DNA of 64,000 nucleotides from Halocafeteria seosinensis. Lineage: Eukaryota. Location of the stretch: contig LVLI01000030.1 of the NCBI GenBank assembly GCA_001687465.1, positions 1 to 64,000 on the forward strand, read 5' to 3'. Position numbers and translations under genes: made by a program. Below are positions 47,887-61,200 of this stretch, piece after piece; the first letter of the stretch is position 1, and each line of letters begins with the position of its first letter. Under the pieces are notes generated by a model. That model had not been told where the DNA came from, did no database searches, and was given only the letters and a program-made list of their open reading frames with translations.

Positions 47887-49497
47887 TTACCTTCCATAAA
47901 ATGAATTTGCCAACCGCGATGTATGTTGATCTGCTGTTTGTAAGGAGTCTCGAAAGCTACCCAATAACTTCTCTATTTCGGTTCTATTATCCAAACTCTT
48001 CTCCAGCGTAGCTGTATCCTGGTCTGTATGATGTTCTTCTTCTGCGTTACCACAGTCCGTGGTACCAAGCCAATTCGGTGTCTGGTCAGATGCAGAATCT
48101 CCATCGATGACAGACACGTTTGAAGCTATAGTGAAGCTTTGACGATCGCTACAACCTCCTGAATTGCTTTCGTCGACTGCACGGTGTGAAGCTGATTCTA
48201 GGTGGTCATACTGCTTGGGAGACATTCCAAGAACATTGCGTTCCCCAGACGGCGTAGCCTTGTACAGTGCCCTTCGTGACTCAGGCGACGCTGCCCATTT
48301 TCCGGCCCATCTATGCCGTTCTTTGACGTTGGCAGCATCTTTCACTTGCTTGCTCCAGCTATACGTCGGTTGCATAAATCTTAGCCTGGCAGACTCATTT
48401 AACTCATCAGCCGACGGCTCTCCCTTGAGTCTAGACCGAATTTGAATATCGTCTCTTCGGACTGGGAGCCTCCTATAACTTCCCGCTTGAGTGGATTGGC
48501 GACCTAAACCAACAGATTTCGCCAAGCGATTCCAGTAGTTCGCTGCAGCATGTTTCTCAGAGGATGACCACGTCGTAGATGGGCTATACCCTCCTCCTGT
48601 TTCGATCTTACGACCTGTGTGATTCATGGTTCCGAATGGAGGCGATTTGAGCCAGTCGCTCGGTTGTGAGTTCTCTGGTGAGGAAAGCTTCAATTCTAGT
48701 TGCCTAATGTTTTCAGAACTGTGATGTTTTGGAAGTACACGCCGCTCTGGCCTATATTTCGCTTCGCTCGATAATGTGTGCATCTCAAATCGGGATTCTT
48801 TGGAAGGCAATTCCCCAGACGTACCCGTACCAACACGAGATGGTGACGTGATGCTGTGCCGCCGCCGACGGTTAGTATTTTCGCGGTGTTCTTTTCCAAG
48901 ATTATGTGCATCTGGGAGACTACTTCGTCTATGTTTCTTGCGCTTCTGATGCCAGCGGATGCGTTTATCAATGGCCGATCGGAGATCGTCTTCTTTCATT
49001 TGATACGTTGACGAAGCAGTGGTAGGAGTGTTTCGCTGGATGTCATCAAAAATATGCTCTATTGGAGAAGCGATAGCATCAGAGTCACCAACGGAGCTCC
49101 TCCGTGTGCCTCCATGGTACGAGCTACCACTCTCTACACTTTCCTCTTCGATAAATGAAAGGTTGTGTCCGCTCCGCTGTCGCTTGTCATTGCGCGGAAA
49201 GTATGCCGGTCGCGAGATGTCGAAGAGGTTCGCCAAGGCATAGTGGCTAGAGTTGCTAGAGTTCAGTTTTGACCGTGGTTCTGGTCCTTCTTTCTCGGCA
49301 CGAAAGGAGCTGGACGAGGATAGGTTGAATTTTCGACTGCTGTACGTGCGGCCCAGATGAATTGGACTGGGTTCCACAGGTACGGCGGTGCTATAGCTTG
49401 TAGAGTCCGACAATTTCGACCATGTCCGGCTTAGACGCGATTCACTGGGAATGGGCTGTCTGTTTCTTGAGTATCCATGATCATCAGAGCCCTCCAT
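47887..49497 (-). CDS. Ser/Arg-rich disordered hypothetical protein
   Basis: ~536-codon uninterrupted ORF; short motif RFMQPTYSW; helical C-terminus. Confidence 0.7.
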   Translation of the reverse strand: MEGSDDHGYSRNRQPIPSESRLSRTWSKLSDSTSYSTAVPVEPSPIHLGRTYSSRKFNLSSSSSFRAEKEGPEPRSKLNSSNSSHYALANLFDISRPAYFPRNDKRQRSGHNLSFIEEESVESGSSYHGGTRRSSVGDSDAIASPIEHIFDDIQRNTPTTASSTYQMKEDDLRSAIDKRIRWHQKRKKHRRSSLPDAHNLGKEHRENTNRRRRHSITSPSRVGTGTSGELPSKESRFEMHTLSSEAKYRPERRVLPKHHSSENIRQLELKLSSPENSQPSDWLKSPPFGTMNHTGRKIETGGGYSPSTTWSSSEKHAAANYWNRLAKSVGLGRQSTQAGSYRRLPVRRDDIQIRSRLKGEPSADELNESARLRFMQPTYSWSKQVKDAANVKERHRWAGKWAASPESRRALYKATPSGERNVLGMSPKQYDHLESASHRAVDESNSGGCSDRQSFTIASNVSVIDGDSASDQTPNWLGTTDCGNAEEEHHTDQDTATLEKSLDNRTEIEKLLGSFRDSLQTADQHTSRLANSFYGR

Positions 49498-50795
49498 CAC
49501 TAATAACTACACTTTAGGTTACAATTCCAGAAACTCAACAACCCTTAGTAGTGCTCATATTCTGTTTTCTCCGTATCACCGCTCGTCCACACGGTTTTTG
49601 GCTTCTACGACAGTAGCTCCCGAATGCGAAATTAAACAGTGAAAACGGAATCAAATGAAGGACAGCCGAAATATTGAATTCTGAAGCCTTAGACTGGAAT
49701 CACCACTCTCTGGGGATAAATGGGCTCATTCTATCCAGTGCCGTTCACGTTTCCGACCCACAAGAGAGACAGTTGCGTTTCTGCGGCACCATAGAGACAA
49801 TATCGATCAGCTCAAGAAATACAGCAAAAAGACAAGGGAACACATTTTTGGGGGACCTGAGCTTGGAAGCGCGTCGGAGAGCCGGTGGCTCAACTGTGGC
49901 GCGCAAATTTCGGTCCCTGTTTCTCTGCGTACATACCTTGTTTCCTCGCGATTCCAAGTGGATGGTAAGCGCAGTTCTGTGTACAATACGACGCACTTTG
50001 GAAATAGTGGGTGGGAACGACACGAACACTTGAAAAACAATGTAAACGGCATGGGGGCGGCGGTCGCAAAGCGCGCCAACGAACAAATTGCCCCGGTCGC
50101 ACGGACGTCGTGGAAGCAGCAAGTGTATTCATTCGCCCTGCCTAGAGGCCCTGTGCATATGAGCACGCGCACATGGGAGAACTCATGTGAGCTACCGTTT
50201 TCGTCGTGGAAAATATCCATGCAAGGTATTTGCACTGGTTTTCGTGGCTTCCGACTCTGGTACGCGCCAAAAATTGGATGGTTGTCTACTGTCGCAAGTG
50301 CCGTGGTCGGTGGTTGTACTGGAATACGCAAGGCCGACGGAATTGGGGGACCGCGGCAAATTAGCGATGCAGGAGGAGGCTCCGGTAGTTACCTCGCAGT
50401 GATATTACTCGGGGTTCATCCAGTGCCGTACTACCACAACCTCGCACGTGGGTACAATCGTCTAAGAAAATATGCACACCAGAACCTGATTATCCCACTT
50501 GTAATTCCGACTATTCAGGTGGGCCTAAGCAACAATGGATACCCCCCTCCCTCTATCTTCGTCAATTCCGTACCCGTTTAACTGCCCGATTGGGAACCAT
50601 AGATACCCTCGCAGCGCCTCGCCCCGCTGCATGTTGGGTGCTTAGGAATTGTTCTCACTACGATGCTCAGCGGGCTATAACTAGCCACTGTCTGTCATAA
50701 AAGTACTTCTCCTTAGAAAAGGGAGACAAAGAACACGTACACGTATCTCTTGGCCTTGTCTGCCAAAACCAGCGGTGACATAGGTTCTCGATTCC

Positions 50796-51884
50796 TCATC
50801 CGTGATGCTGACTGCAGCCATAGGCTTTGACTTCTAGTAGCTGTGGCAATTGTAGAAGGGCCTCTTCCGATATGGTTCCTTGGTTGCAGTGGGAGATATC
50901 TAGGTACGTCAACTTCTGGAGATGAGATAACCCGGCATCTGTGATTGTACTCTGATTGCACAAAGCCATGTCAAGAGCCTTGAGCGATTTTAGATGCTCA
51001 AAAGCTCGATCTGAGATCCCTTCATGATTGCATTTCCTAATACTCAGTCTGCTCAAGTTCGACAAGTGACGGAACGCGGCATCGGTGAAACGAGAATCGA
51101 ATGCTTCCAAACGTTTCAAACCCGTTACATGCTGGAAAGCACGGTCAGTAATTGTTGACTGGGTGCAGCCTTTTACCTCAAGTGACGTCAGTCGAGGAAG
51201 GTGTTTGAAGGCTCCATCTGTGATCGTTTTCTGGTTGCAATCGTAGAGCACCAGCGCCCGTAAATTTGAGAGATGACTAAACGCCTTGTCCGTGATTGTC
51301 GTTTGATCGCACGAGATTAAATCCAGACTCCTAAGATGGGATAAGTAGGAAAATGCGTGATCGCCTGCAGCGCAGCGTATCAGATGGAGATTCCTTACGT
51401 TGAACAGATGTTGGAAGTCTTGCAGTCTGAACTGCGGGAACTGACTAGCACTGTTGACCAGTTGGACTGTTCCATTGAAACATGGAAACTTTTTCCGTAG
51501 CATTCTCAATTCGACCGAAGAAGCGATAATAAGACTGAGACGAGGCCAATTAAGTTTACACGCCGCAGCTTTCTTACTAACAGCGTCTGGAATCTCGCTC
51601 AAGGTGAGTTGCTGCAAGTTCCGTTGAAACTCGACCGCAATCCAATATGTAGCTTCCTCCAGTAGAGTAGACGCTTCATCCAGATCTTCTAACCTCGTTG
51701 GAAAATTCAACGGGGATAAACGATTTGACAAAGACCACTTTGTTTGGTAGCTTTGGAGCCACCAAAGATAGACATGCAAGCAAGCGCTTCCACCTCGCAT
51801 CCTAACTTCAACTTCGTCTATTTCCATACACTTAAGCTCATTATTTCGTTTCATCTCAGTGATCATAGAATCCCCGAAGACCAT
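50796..51884 (-). CDS. Cys-containing LRR protein (FBXL/AMN1-like 25-aa repeats); 5' end uncertain
   Basis: Repeats LxxLxLxxCNQxTITDxAFxHL at 50800-51400. Confidence 0.8.
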   Translation of the reverse strand: MVFGDSMITEMKRNNELKCMEIDEVEVRMRGGSACLHVYLWWLQSYQTKWSLSNRLSPLNFPTRLEDLDEASTLLEEATYWIAVEFQRNLQQLTLSEIPDAVSKKAAACKLNWPRLSLIIASSVELRMLRKKFPCFNGTVQLVNSASQFPQFRLQDFQHLFNVRNLHLIRCAAGDHAFSYLSHLRSLDLISCDQTTITDKAFSHLSNLRALVLYDCNQKTITDGAFKHLPRLTSLEVKGCTQSTITDRAFQHVTGLKRLEAFDSRFTDAAFRHLSNLSRLSIRKCNHEGISDRAFEHLKSLKALDMALCNQSTITDAGLSHLQKLTYLDISHCNQGTISEEALLQLPQLLEVKAYGCSQHHG

Positions 51885-52279
51885 GCTGGCAACACTGTGC
51901 GACGAAAGAGCACTATGGAAGCCTGACACCCTGATGCATTGGAGCAAACGACGCCACGTCAGTCAACTTCACAAGGGATGCAGCCTCATGAATGAGCTCG
52001 CTAGCACAACACCAAGGAAGCAGCTGTACAGTAGTGATACTCTTGTATTCTGAACCCACATGGTGGTACCACATGCTGGTACAGCTGCATGTATGTGCAG
52101 CAGGTGCTCCGACGGGAGAGCGGAGCTGCCATCAGTCCGTGGACGGCACTGGAATTTCAGATGATGCACACGCGAGGTAGCGAAGCGTATATGTAGCGGT
52201 CTTGTCTTAGTGAGTAAGGAGCGTATATTGCTGCGTTATGTCAGGGAGAACTCCCTCGACGACATGATGGTCTTCGTTG

Positions 52280-55200
52280 CTACCCTACTGGTATGTCCGC
52301 AGTGTATGCTTGGCGAACGGAGACCTTGTCATGTTGGACTATTTCACTCTGCTCTCCAGACTCAATATTGTCATCATTGCCGCTGACACGGTGCTTAGTT
52401 TTGGAGTGCTCCTCACGGCTAGTTCCTCCTTGATTTGTGGGTCTCAACCGTTCGTTTTCCCGCTCCCGAGTTCGAATGCTTACGTGAGAGGAGACGGTTC
52501 CCCAAAGACCAATATAGAACAGCGTGCATCCCATATACAGCAGTAGAAGTAACTGGATTGTGACGGTCATAATTTGCACATAGCGTTTCTCAGCATCGTC
52601 CATTAGTCCCTTCTGTAGCATTCCCAGCCATGGGGTGATAGCAGCAACGGTCGTCTTCATCAACTCCAGTGTGTTCAGCCCCGATCCAGCTTTGAAAGGG
52701 CCCATAATGCTCAGTGCCATTTGCAGTGTGAGCAATACTAGGGATAGCCACACTATCTGAGTGGTACCATCAGTCACCAGATACGCCAAAAGGAGCAAGA
52801 TTGTTCTTCTGACCACTACGACTGCCTCCCAAGTATATCCGAAGTTGTTGAATCGATATCCGCGAATGCTCTTTAGGAAGTCTAGCCTTAAAGGATGGGT
52901 GTTAGCCCCAGTAAACCATGATAATCGAAACATAATGAGGCAGATAGGGAGCGCTAGTACGACGAGCACCAATGATATGGATGCCAACGTCACGAGCGCC
53001 GAGTATCGTGAATCCTCGACACTAAAACTAGGATCGGCTGCCAAACGCTTACTCCCGAAGATGCGATGGGGATAAACATTAAACACATTGACCACTGAAA
53101 TTGAAGTGGAAAGGTGTACTAGTCCAACAAGGATAATGATAGGGTTAATCGACTTATATAATGCTGTCCGACAGGACATAAGCTCGTTGCTTCTGCACAG
53201 GAGGAGGATTGATTGCATAAAAAACGTGTAGGTCGCAATGATGTAAGGCACAAGGAGCGAGAGCACCGTCAGCTCATAGAACCCGAAATTAGTGAAGCAT
53301 CGGAATGCATCGGGCTGAGAGGGATCCATGGTGGACATTCTTGCTACGTCAGCAAACCATGCAGCATCACCGACGAAAGGATTGTACATGAGCTCAGCAA
53401 ATATGGCAGCTATTTGGAGATAGTCAAGTATAAGGACCGCGCAAAGAAATCCGTTCCGAAGCCGATTCTTCTTTTCATGCTTCCACTCTGCGAGGGGTTT
53501 CTTACTGGACTCGTCTTTACAATTTACGGACATTCCACAATAGCACACGAGGCCGTGTTGCTTCTTATTCTTTTCTCTTTCTTCAACCGAATCTTTAGGG
53601 GACTCTCCATCAGCTTGCTTTGCGTCTTCGTCTGTCGCAAAGTCACCCATCGCTGCGTAGAGTAGTCTTTTTGTCTGTTCCTGTCTTTGCCTGGTACAAA
53701 GATTCAGGCAATTTGGCTGAATGTGCGAGGTGGTTCTATCGTAAGGCAGGTTCTCAGGTTGTTCATACTCAGACGATGCTCGGTATGACCTCTTCCTTCG
53801 GCAGCAAAGAGAAGTGAGACCTCCGCCTCTCTTTTGGTGAGAGGGAGTTTCCGACTCGGTATTGTTAGGTGGATAATAGAGTTCATTAGTCCATTCCTCA
53901 TCTATTATTGGGGGTCCGTTATATTCTCCACTAGCCGTGGTGTCCCCAGACCCTAGATGGCGCTTCCGCCGACAGTTCAAGCGACAGGCATAATGATGGC
54001 CTGAGCTCCCTTCCTTCGTGCCATTTTCTTTCGAGTCTTTGCTGCCCTCCGTAGTATCATTTTCTTTCGAGTCATACATATTAAACGCCGTCGCCAACGA
54101 AACGATTACTAAAATACCCAAAACAGTCATTCCTGAATTTCTAGTCTCGTCTACACACTTAATGCACACATTTTTTGTCTTCGCGTAATTCCTGTCACAG
54201 CTGCCACAGAGAGGACCAGATTGACCAGTGGCACATTCGGTGACGAAGTTTTCGTTATGAACATTACAGGCAGAGTCAGAGCGGCATTCATGCAATTGTA
54301 CCGCTTCACCGTTTCGAATGTGCTCTACCACAAGGCTACGCACCGACTTATTTCCGGGGAAAAGTGGGCTGTCGGTGGCACACATTTCACACCAATATCC
54401 ATCTCTCATTCGCAACTTCCGATCGTTGCACTCAAATCCGTCATGCTTTGGACACGGGGTGCATTGTGTATCTCCTTCTAGGGAAAAGTGGTCTGGCGGA
54501 CATGCCCGACATCGTTCAGCATCGGACGGCCGCGTTGTAAAGTATCCTTCAGGGCAAGATCGGCAAATGCCTTTGGAGTCCGAAGCACCACTTTGCGGGG
54601 CATAGCGGAAGTAGCCGGGGCGACAAAGGCATGTTGAACCATCAGCACTTGGAACTTCATTCTTCTTACAGCTCACACTCTCTGCAATAATGCGAAGCGG
54701 AGAGGACTGGATCGGTAAATTATTGACTCGAACATCCACGACAGCTTCTCCCAAGCTCTGAAGGAGAACTTCGAAAGTAAAGCTGTAGACTGTATCTCCC
54801 GTCGTGGTTCTTACCGGCATGCGCAGGGAGATTGCAGATCTAGAGAGCTCACCGGTCGCCGGAGAGACATCAAGATGAACCGTAGACTGTCGCACATTGC
54901 CATCTCGCTCCTTAAGAACTGCATGGGCAGGAGTATTACTAAAAATGTCGGCAAGAACCACGTTGACGGGGAGCCATTCATTGACAGGTAAGGCTGTCTG
55001 AGGGATATCCAAGTAGGAATTCCCCGCCACTGCCTGTCCTGGAACAAATGTCGTTGATACCCGGAGATTCCTTAGGTCCTGGCTTTGGCTGAAAGGAATT
55101 CCAGCTAACCACTGCTGGCGAGTAAGGATAGCCATCTTGTATTCTAACACAACATCATGTTCAAAAGGGTCAAAGGCAATCGTAGAACCGTTGATCCGAA

Positions 55201-58200
55201 GCCACCGATATGGATAAGCAATCGTCATGCGAAATACTCTCTGATTATTGGAGGAAATGGTGGCTGATGCCGGTGAAAGGGTTAACCACTCGCTGAACAC
55301 ACGAGTACTTGCTGCAATTTTCGACGTAATAGATTGCCTCGCTTCGCTCGGCAAGCTGGCGTTTCCAGATCCTTGAATACCCAGTGTAACGTTCATAGGT
55401 TGCACTAGAATGCCATCTTCATCCGCATTCACCACAGTCCATTCTAGTGTCCTTCGTGTCAACGGCAACAATTCGATCCCGATTTCTCGTTGCGGACACA
55501 CAAACGCGGAAGTGACCAGAAATCTCAAAGGAACCCATAACTGTTTTCCAACGTACTCTAAACTTTGTACGGAAGGTGGAGTCTTCGCCTGGACCTGCGA
55601 AGCGGCCTTCAAAGCGTTTGTCTCTAAGAGCAACCACCCTTCATATTCCCCAGAGGAGGGGACATTTTGAGGGATCAGACTGACAAGAGCAATTTCTACT
55701 TGCTCTATTTCATGACTGACTACACCGCTGGTTGATGAAATGCTGGCCCAAAACCCGGAGGCCTCCCACGGATGCTCAATTTCAACCCCCTTTCCGTCGA
55801 AAAGCCGTGCATGCCACCTAACTTCAGCTTTTCCTGCATTGCTAACACGGATTGGTCTTGTTTGTGGGGAGTCACTGAAACCCAGCTCCGCACTTATCAG
55901 ACTCAAGCCTATGTCTGGGTATCCTTCTCGAACTCTCAAAGTCACATCGATTTGAAACGTCTTTGTCTGCTGTAAAGTGCTGTCCGTCACCTCCATTTGA
56001 ATGAAAGAGTTCGTAGCTCCAGCTACCGCATCATCGATATTGAATTGGATAGTGTCTTCCAAAGAGACTGCTTCGTTTTCCGACTGACCAGGGGCTGGCA
56101 AAGTGACCACACCCCGCAAATCAGTCCCCATTTCCCAGCGATATCCTTGGAATGGTTGCAGCTGAATGACAACTATTCGCTCCACAGTATTAGACTTGCC
56201 CTTAGACGAGGCATACCTTTCCTCGTCGATACTAATGGTTTGGGGCTGCAATGATGCCTTAAGTTCGGCAGACTGTAGCGTCTGAGAGATATCCAATGAG
56301 ATGTTCTTCTCCATAGTGATGATGTTTTCATCCTCGATAGATAGATCGACAGCTGTTGGAAGGAAAAGTTTACTCTCTTCCTCCAGGTGTCTTCTGCCGC
56401 GTGGGATCACTCCTTGAAACAAGGGTACTTGTGCCTCAACCATGCGAGCCGAGTTATTCTGTAGAACAAAGTGGACGGCGTATTCCAGCTCACAACAAGA
56501 AGGCCCAGTGGGTCGTCCTTTACATGATCGGTTTGAAAGGAGAACCAGCTCAGGGTAAAATGGCAAGTGCATATCTAAATCTGTCCCTGAAAACCTCTGT
56601 TGGCAACCCGAGTAGAGTGTACTACCAAGTTTATCCTCGTTTAGATTGCAGCGCGCTTGGGCGGTTGGCTCATATCCATTGGAACTTTGAACTACAATTC
56701 GGTCTGCTGACCCCACCGTGGAGGCATTGGAAGCAAATTTGTCTGTGGCAACCGGGGTGTATCTGGCGGAAGCACAATTGAAGTAGTGCTTTACTCCGCA
56801 AGCAGAGACAGCAGTCTCCCCAGCCGAAAGATTCTTGTGATCAGTCGATGGAGTAACCGTGGGGGTCATCGTCGGCGTCGGCGTTTTTCCTGCTGTATTT
56901 GATGGAGTTGGCGAGAAAGTTCGCGTCGGAGTCCTTGTGGAGGTGACACTACCGGTTGGTGTTACAGTAGGAGAAGCAGTGTTGGATGGCGTTGATGTAG
57001 AGGTTGTACTCGGCGTTGGTGTTGGTGTACTAGAGGCAGTCTTTGATGCCGTTGCCGTAGAGGTTATGCTCGGCGTTGGTGTTGGTGTACTAGAGGCAGT
57101 CTTTGATGCCGTTGCAGTAGAGGTTTTGCTCGACGTTGGCGTTGGTGTACTAGAGGCAGTCTTTGATGCCGTTGCCGTAGAGGTTATGCTCGATGTATGC
57201 GTTGGTGTGCTAGTGGCAGTCCTCGATGTCGTCCGTGTTGCAGTCTTCGTCGCGCTGACGCTTGTTGTAGCCGATATCGTTGGTGTTGCGGAATTGGACG
57301 CACTCGGGGAAAAGGAAGCAGTTCTCGTGCTAGTAGCAGTTGCGGACGATGTCATAGACTGAGACTTCGTCGAGGAAATAGTAGGTGTGGCAGTTGGCGA
57401 TCCGGCCCGAAAGGGAGTCGAAGCACTAGGACTAGGCTTCTGCGTTGGGGTTGGTTGAGACCTAAGGCAAAATGATTCCGCTTTAGGATGAACGGGCGCA
57501 AATTTTGTAGTATTAGGACAGTTATTCTCTTCAGCCCCAGGGTTATCATATAGAAAACTGCAGTCACGGTTCGTGTAATGCTTGTCAAAGGTTCACATAG
57601 TCTTGTACTTACATGTCCCCATAGTAAGACGACAGCTTAAGGGAACTGAAGACATCCTCGGGTAGGTATCCTAGGTCATTTTGTTGAAGATATCTGTGAA
57701 TCCATGTTGCTTTGATCATGAACGATACAGGATATTGACGCATTTTAGCTCAAACATACACAGAGTCTTCTACATGAGCTCCTGCGAAATTCTCGCGGGT
57801 GAGCGACTTCAGGTTATTGTTGTCCAAATACCTGTCGAAAAGCAAACAGTAAAAATGCTGAAGTACCGCCCTTCGGTCAAGTCTCTCTTACAAATAATTG
57901 ATTGAAAGGCCTCGGAAAACGCCATCTGGGAGTTCCTCCAGTTTGTTTCCATCGAGTTCCCTGTCAAACAATTACCAAATTCATACCGTAGCTTTGTGAC
58001 AATGCGGTTTTCCGGGCTTTACATACAAGTAATAAGTGGTCTCGATATTGTAGAACACGTTGGGGGGTAGTTTTCTCAATCTATTACCTCGTAAACTTCT
58101 GCAGACCGGCAGAGCAAGCCCCTCAGGGAGATATCCATGGCTTTCGTTACGGACGTGTAACGGAGAACTAACTGCTATTACGTACAGCTTGTACATAGTC

Positions 58201-61200
58201 AATCCTTGAGGATTTTCGAAAACATCATCCGGAATTGTTTCCAGCCGATTCCGTTCCAGGATCCTGCATTCGCAGTGACGGGTACATCAACAATGGGAAG
58301 GATCCAGGGAGAACCAACTACGGGACTCAACATACAAATCGTTTAGTTTGGTCATGTTCCACAACAGACGAGGAATCAGTTTCTCGATTCCACAGTTTCT
58401 CAGGTATCTGCGGTGAAACTACATCCTATGAACAGAGAGAGCCCATGCTCCAAACATTTCAGAATGCATGACTCACAAGTGTGTGAGTTGGCCCATAGTT
58501 GACAGTGCTTCCTGGGGAACTCCATTTAGGTGATTGTTCGACAAATCTCTGTGTGTCACCAATCACATAAATGCTCCACTTCTACCATTCACAGGTAAAC
58601 ACGTTTACTCACAAATATTCGAGGCTTTGCGCGTATTTCAGAGTCTCATTGGACAGTTCTTTTATTTTATTGTCATCGATGTCACTGAAAAAAAAAAGAG
58701 AAGCCTAGACCGGTGGATATCGATCAGTGTCACCTTATATCTGCGGTCAACTTACAAGTTCTTCAAAGATGTCAAATGCTTAAAGAAATCTTTGGGAAGC
58801 TCTTCGATGTCACAGTCATACAGCTTCCTGCGTGATCCACCGCAAAAACCCTAACATGTTCCAGATATGACGCTTCTCGACTTTTCTTGAATCGCGCGTA
58901 CAGAGACTCCAGTTTGGACAAGCTTTCGATTACTGCCGTTGAAATGTGGTTCAAAGGGTTGTCAGCTAAATTACTGCGACAACAACCAGGAGTGAAGACG
59001 TCATTCCAAATGTTCTTACAAGGAGCTACCGTGTAATGAAGCCTCCAACGTACAGGTATCGTAAGTTCGACAGTGATGCAAATATTTTGTCTGGAAGCTC
59101 CGCCAGGCGATTACTATACAATTGTCTGCATTGGACATTATATTTTTATGCCGTTCTCCATTACGTCGACGGCAGAAAGCATTAGCAGCTCAGTCAGTGC
59201 ATCACTCACAGCGTCCGCAACTGCTTCAAGTTCGTAAATATTCCTTCTGCCAATGCCTCTATAGCATTGCTCCCTAGGCTCCTGTGTGCAGCACCAATAG
59301 AGGATCATCTTGTTCATAAAATGGTGATCAATGAACACGTTAAGTATCCTACAATTCCTCGAGACTTGGTAGGTCAGAAAAGCTAGACGAAGATACGTAT
59401 CCAATGTTGTTTCGACGCAGGTCCCTGCAGCAAATGACTTTATAGTTAGCGGACTAGTATGGTCAATCAAAGTATCTTATCCCATACAATAGCTTAAGGT
59501 TTCTGCATCCCTCAAACGTGCCCCCATACACCTTGCTAAGCTCGTTCGAGTACAGTTCTCTGCACCTTCAAAAATTCATGAATACATGTAGTGTCATTCT
59601 GTTGCTGCAACTTGGGGTACGTCTCCGTACAGCTCTTTCAATTGAGTAAGGTTGCTGAATGTATAGTCTGGGATATTCTCGATCCGATTGTAATACAGCT
59701 TCCTGCAGAAAAACAAAATATACCAATCAACATCACTTTTTATTAAAGCTACGGCTGTCCTCTGTCTCAAACTTGAAAGTGTCGCTTTAACATACATGTA
59801 CTGCAAACTTGTTGTGTCCGCAAAAAGTCCCAGAGGCAATTCACGCAGCTCGTTGTCTTGCGCGCATCTGTAAAAAGCAATACTTCGTCAATGTAGTGAC
59901 GTTACAAGGTGCTCTGTAAACCTGATGTTTAACAAACAATTGGGTTAGTTCAGTCAGTCCCCTCAGAAACGTCGAGGGTATCCTTTCGAGCTTATTTTCT
60001 TCCAAATCTCTGAGATTCAGCAGATTGCGCAGTACAAAGAAACGGAGGTACTTGGTAACCCGCATTCCCATGGATAGTCAAACACAACATACAACGACTG
60101 CAATTTTGGTGTACCAAGCTGAGCTTCTTCGGGTATGTACCGCAGAGAGTTGTATCCGAGATCCCTGTTTGCACCCGAAGATGACGTGTTTTTTTCAATT
60201 CGTCCTTTTCAATGTGTCTCTTCTCCTCGCACCGTCTCACTTACAGGTCGGTCAAATTCGGAAGTTGGGATGTTAGCGCTAGTGGAAACTCCTCAAACCC
60301 ACAACTATGTAGGTTTCTGTATGTTAGAAAACGATGTCGCAAATAGTAGTGTCCCCCCTACAGTCGATCGATGATTTACTTGAGGAGAGTGGTCTCAGAA
60401 GATACTTACAATTCTTGTAACTGTGTCAAGGAAACGAACACTTTGTTTGGTAGCTCTTGCAATCGGTTCCCTCCGAGCCGTCTGTGAGACCATATCGACG
60501 TCACAGAGAGTTGTATTTATACAGGCGTTGATATTACTCCGCCTTTGCCTTCTTTCAACATACAAGATCTTCAATTCAGTTGCAGGATCGAAGACCGTTT
60601 CGTCCAAATACTCCAGATGGTTAGAACCAAGATCCCTGAATCCCCCAAATTCCAGTGACATCAATCGCAGTTCAAGGGGAATATGAAGAGCTCCAACTCT
60701 CGACTGATACATATACATACAGCTTTTGTAAATGTTTCTGGTTTTGGAAAATATTACTAGGAAGTTGTTCCAGCTCGTTCGACGAAATGTCTCTGGAAAA
60801 CGTTACGTTGGGCGGGTAAGCCTACAGAATACACACACACACACACACACACACCAACAGAAATATACGAAGGCCAGTCTACTCACAGTTCTATCAAGTT
60901 GTTTTGATCTTTAAATACACCGGCAGGTAAAGCTTTTAATTTGTTGTAGTCGAGGCTTCTGCACGTTGGTTTCGAACTCCATAACACGACTTCGTCCCCA
61001 GTACACACCATAGCTAGCTTTAGTTAGGACTTACAGATATTTGATTTGTGACTGTCCCTGAAACGCCGTCTCATTAATATAGACAAAATCGTCGTAGTGG
61101 AGATCACTGTACACATCATGAGACCAAACGATCAATCGTCCATCGGCAACTCGTTTTCACTGTTCCAATCAAAGCTTACACTCGTTCATCACAGTTCTTG

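Noticed and set aside
49674..50581. Overlapping ORFs of 119-207 aa on both strands
   Set aside because: No recognisable motif or consistent splice model; a gene cannot be supported, though one is not excluded.
56859..57362. Val/Gly-rich plus-strand ORF (and similar ones at 61261 and 7117)
   Set aside because: Antisense shadows of repetitive coding sequence on the opposite strand.
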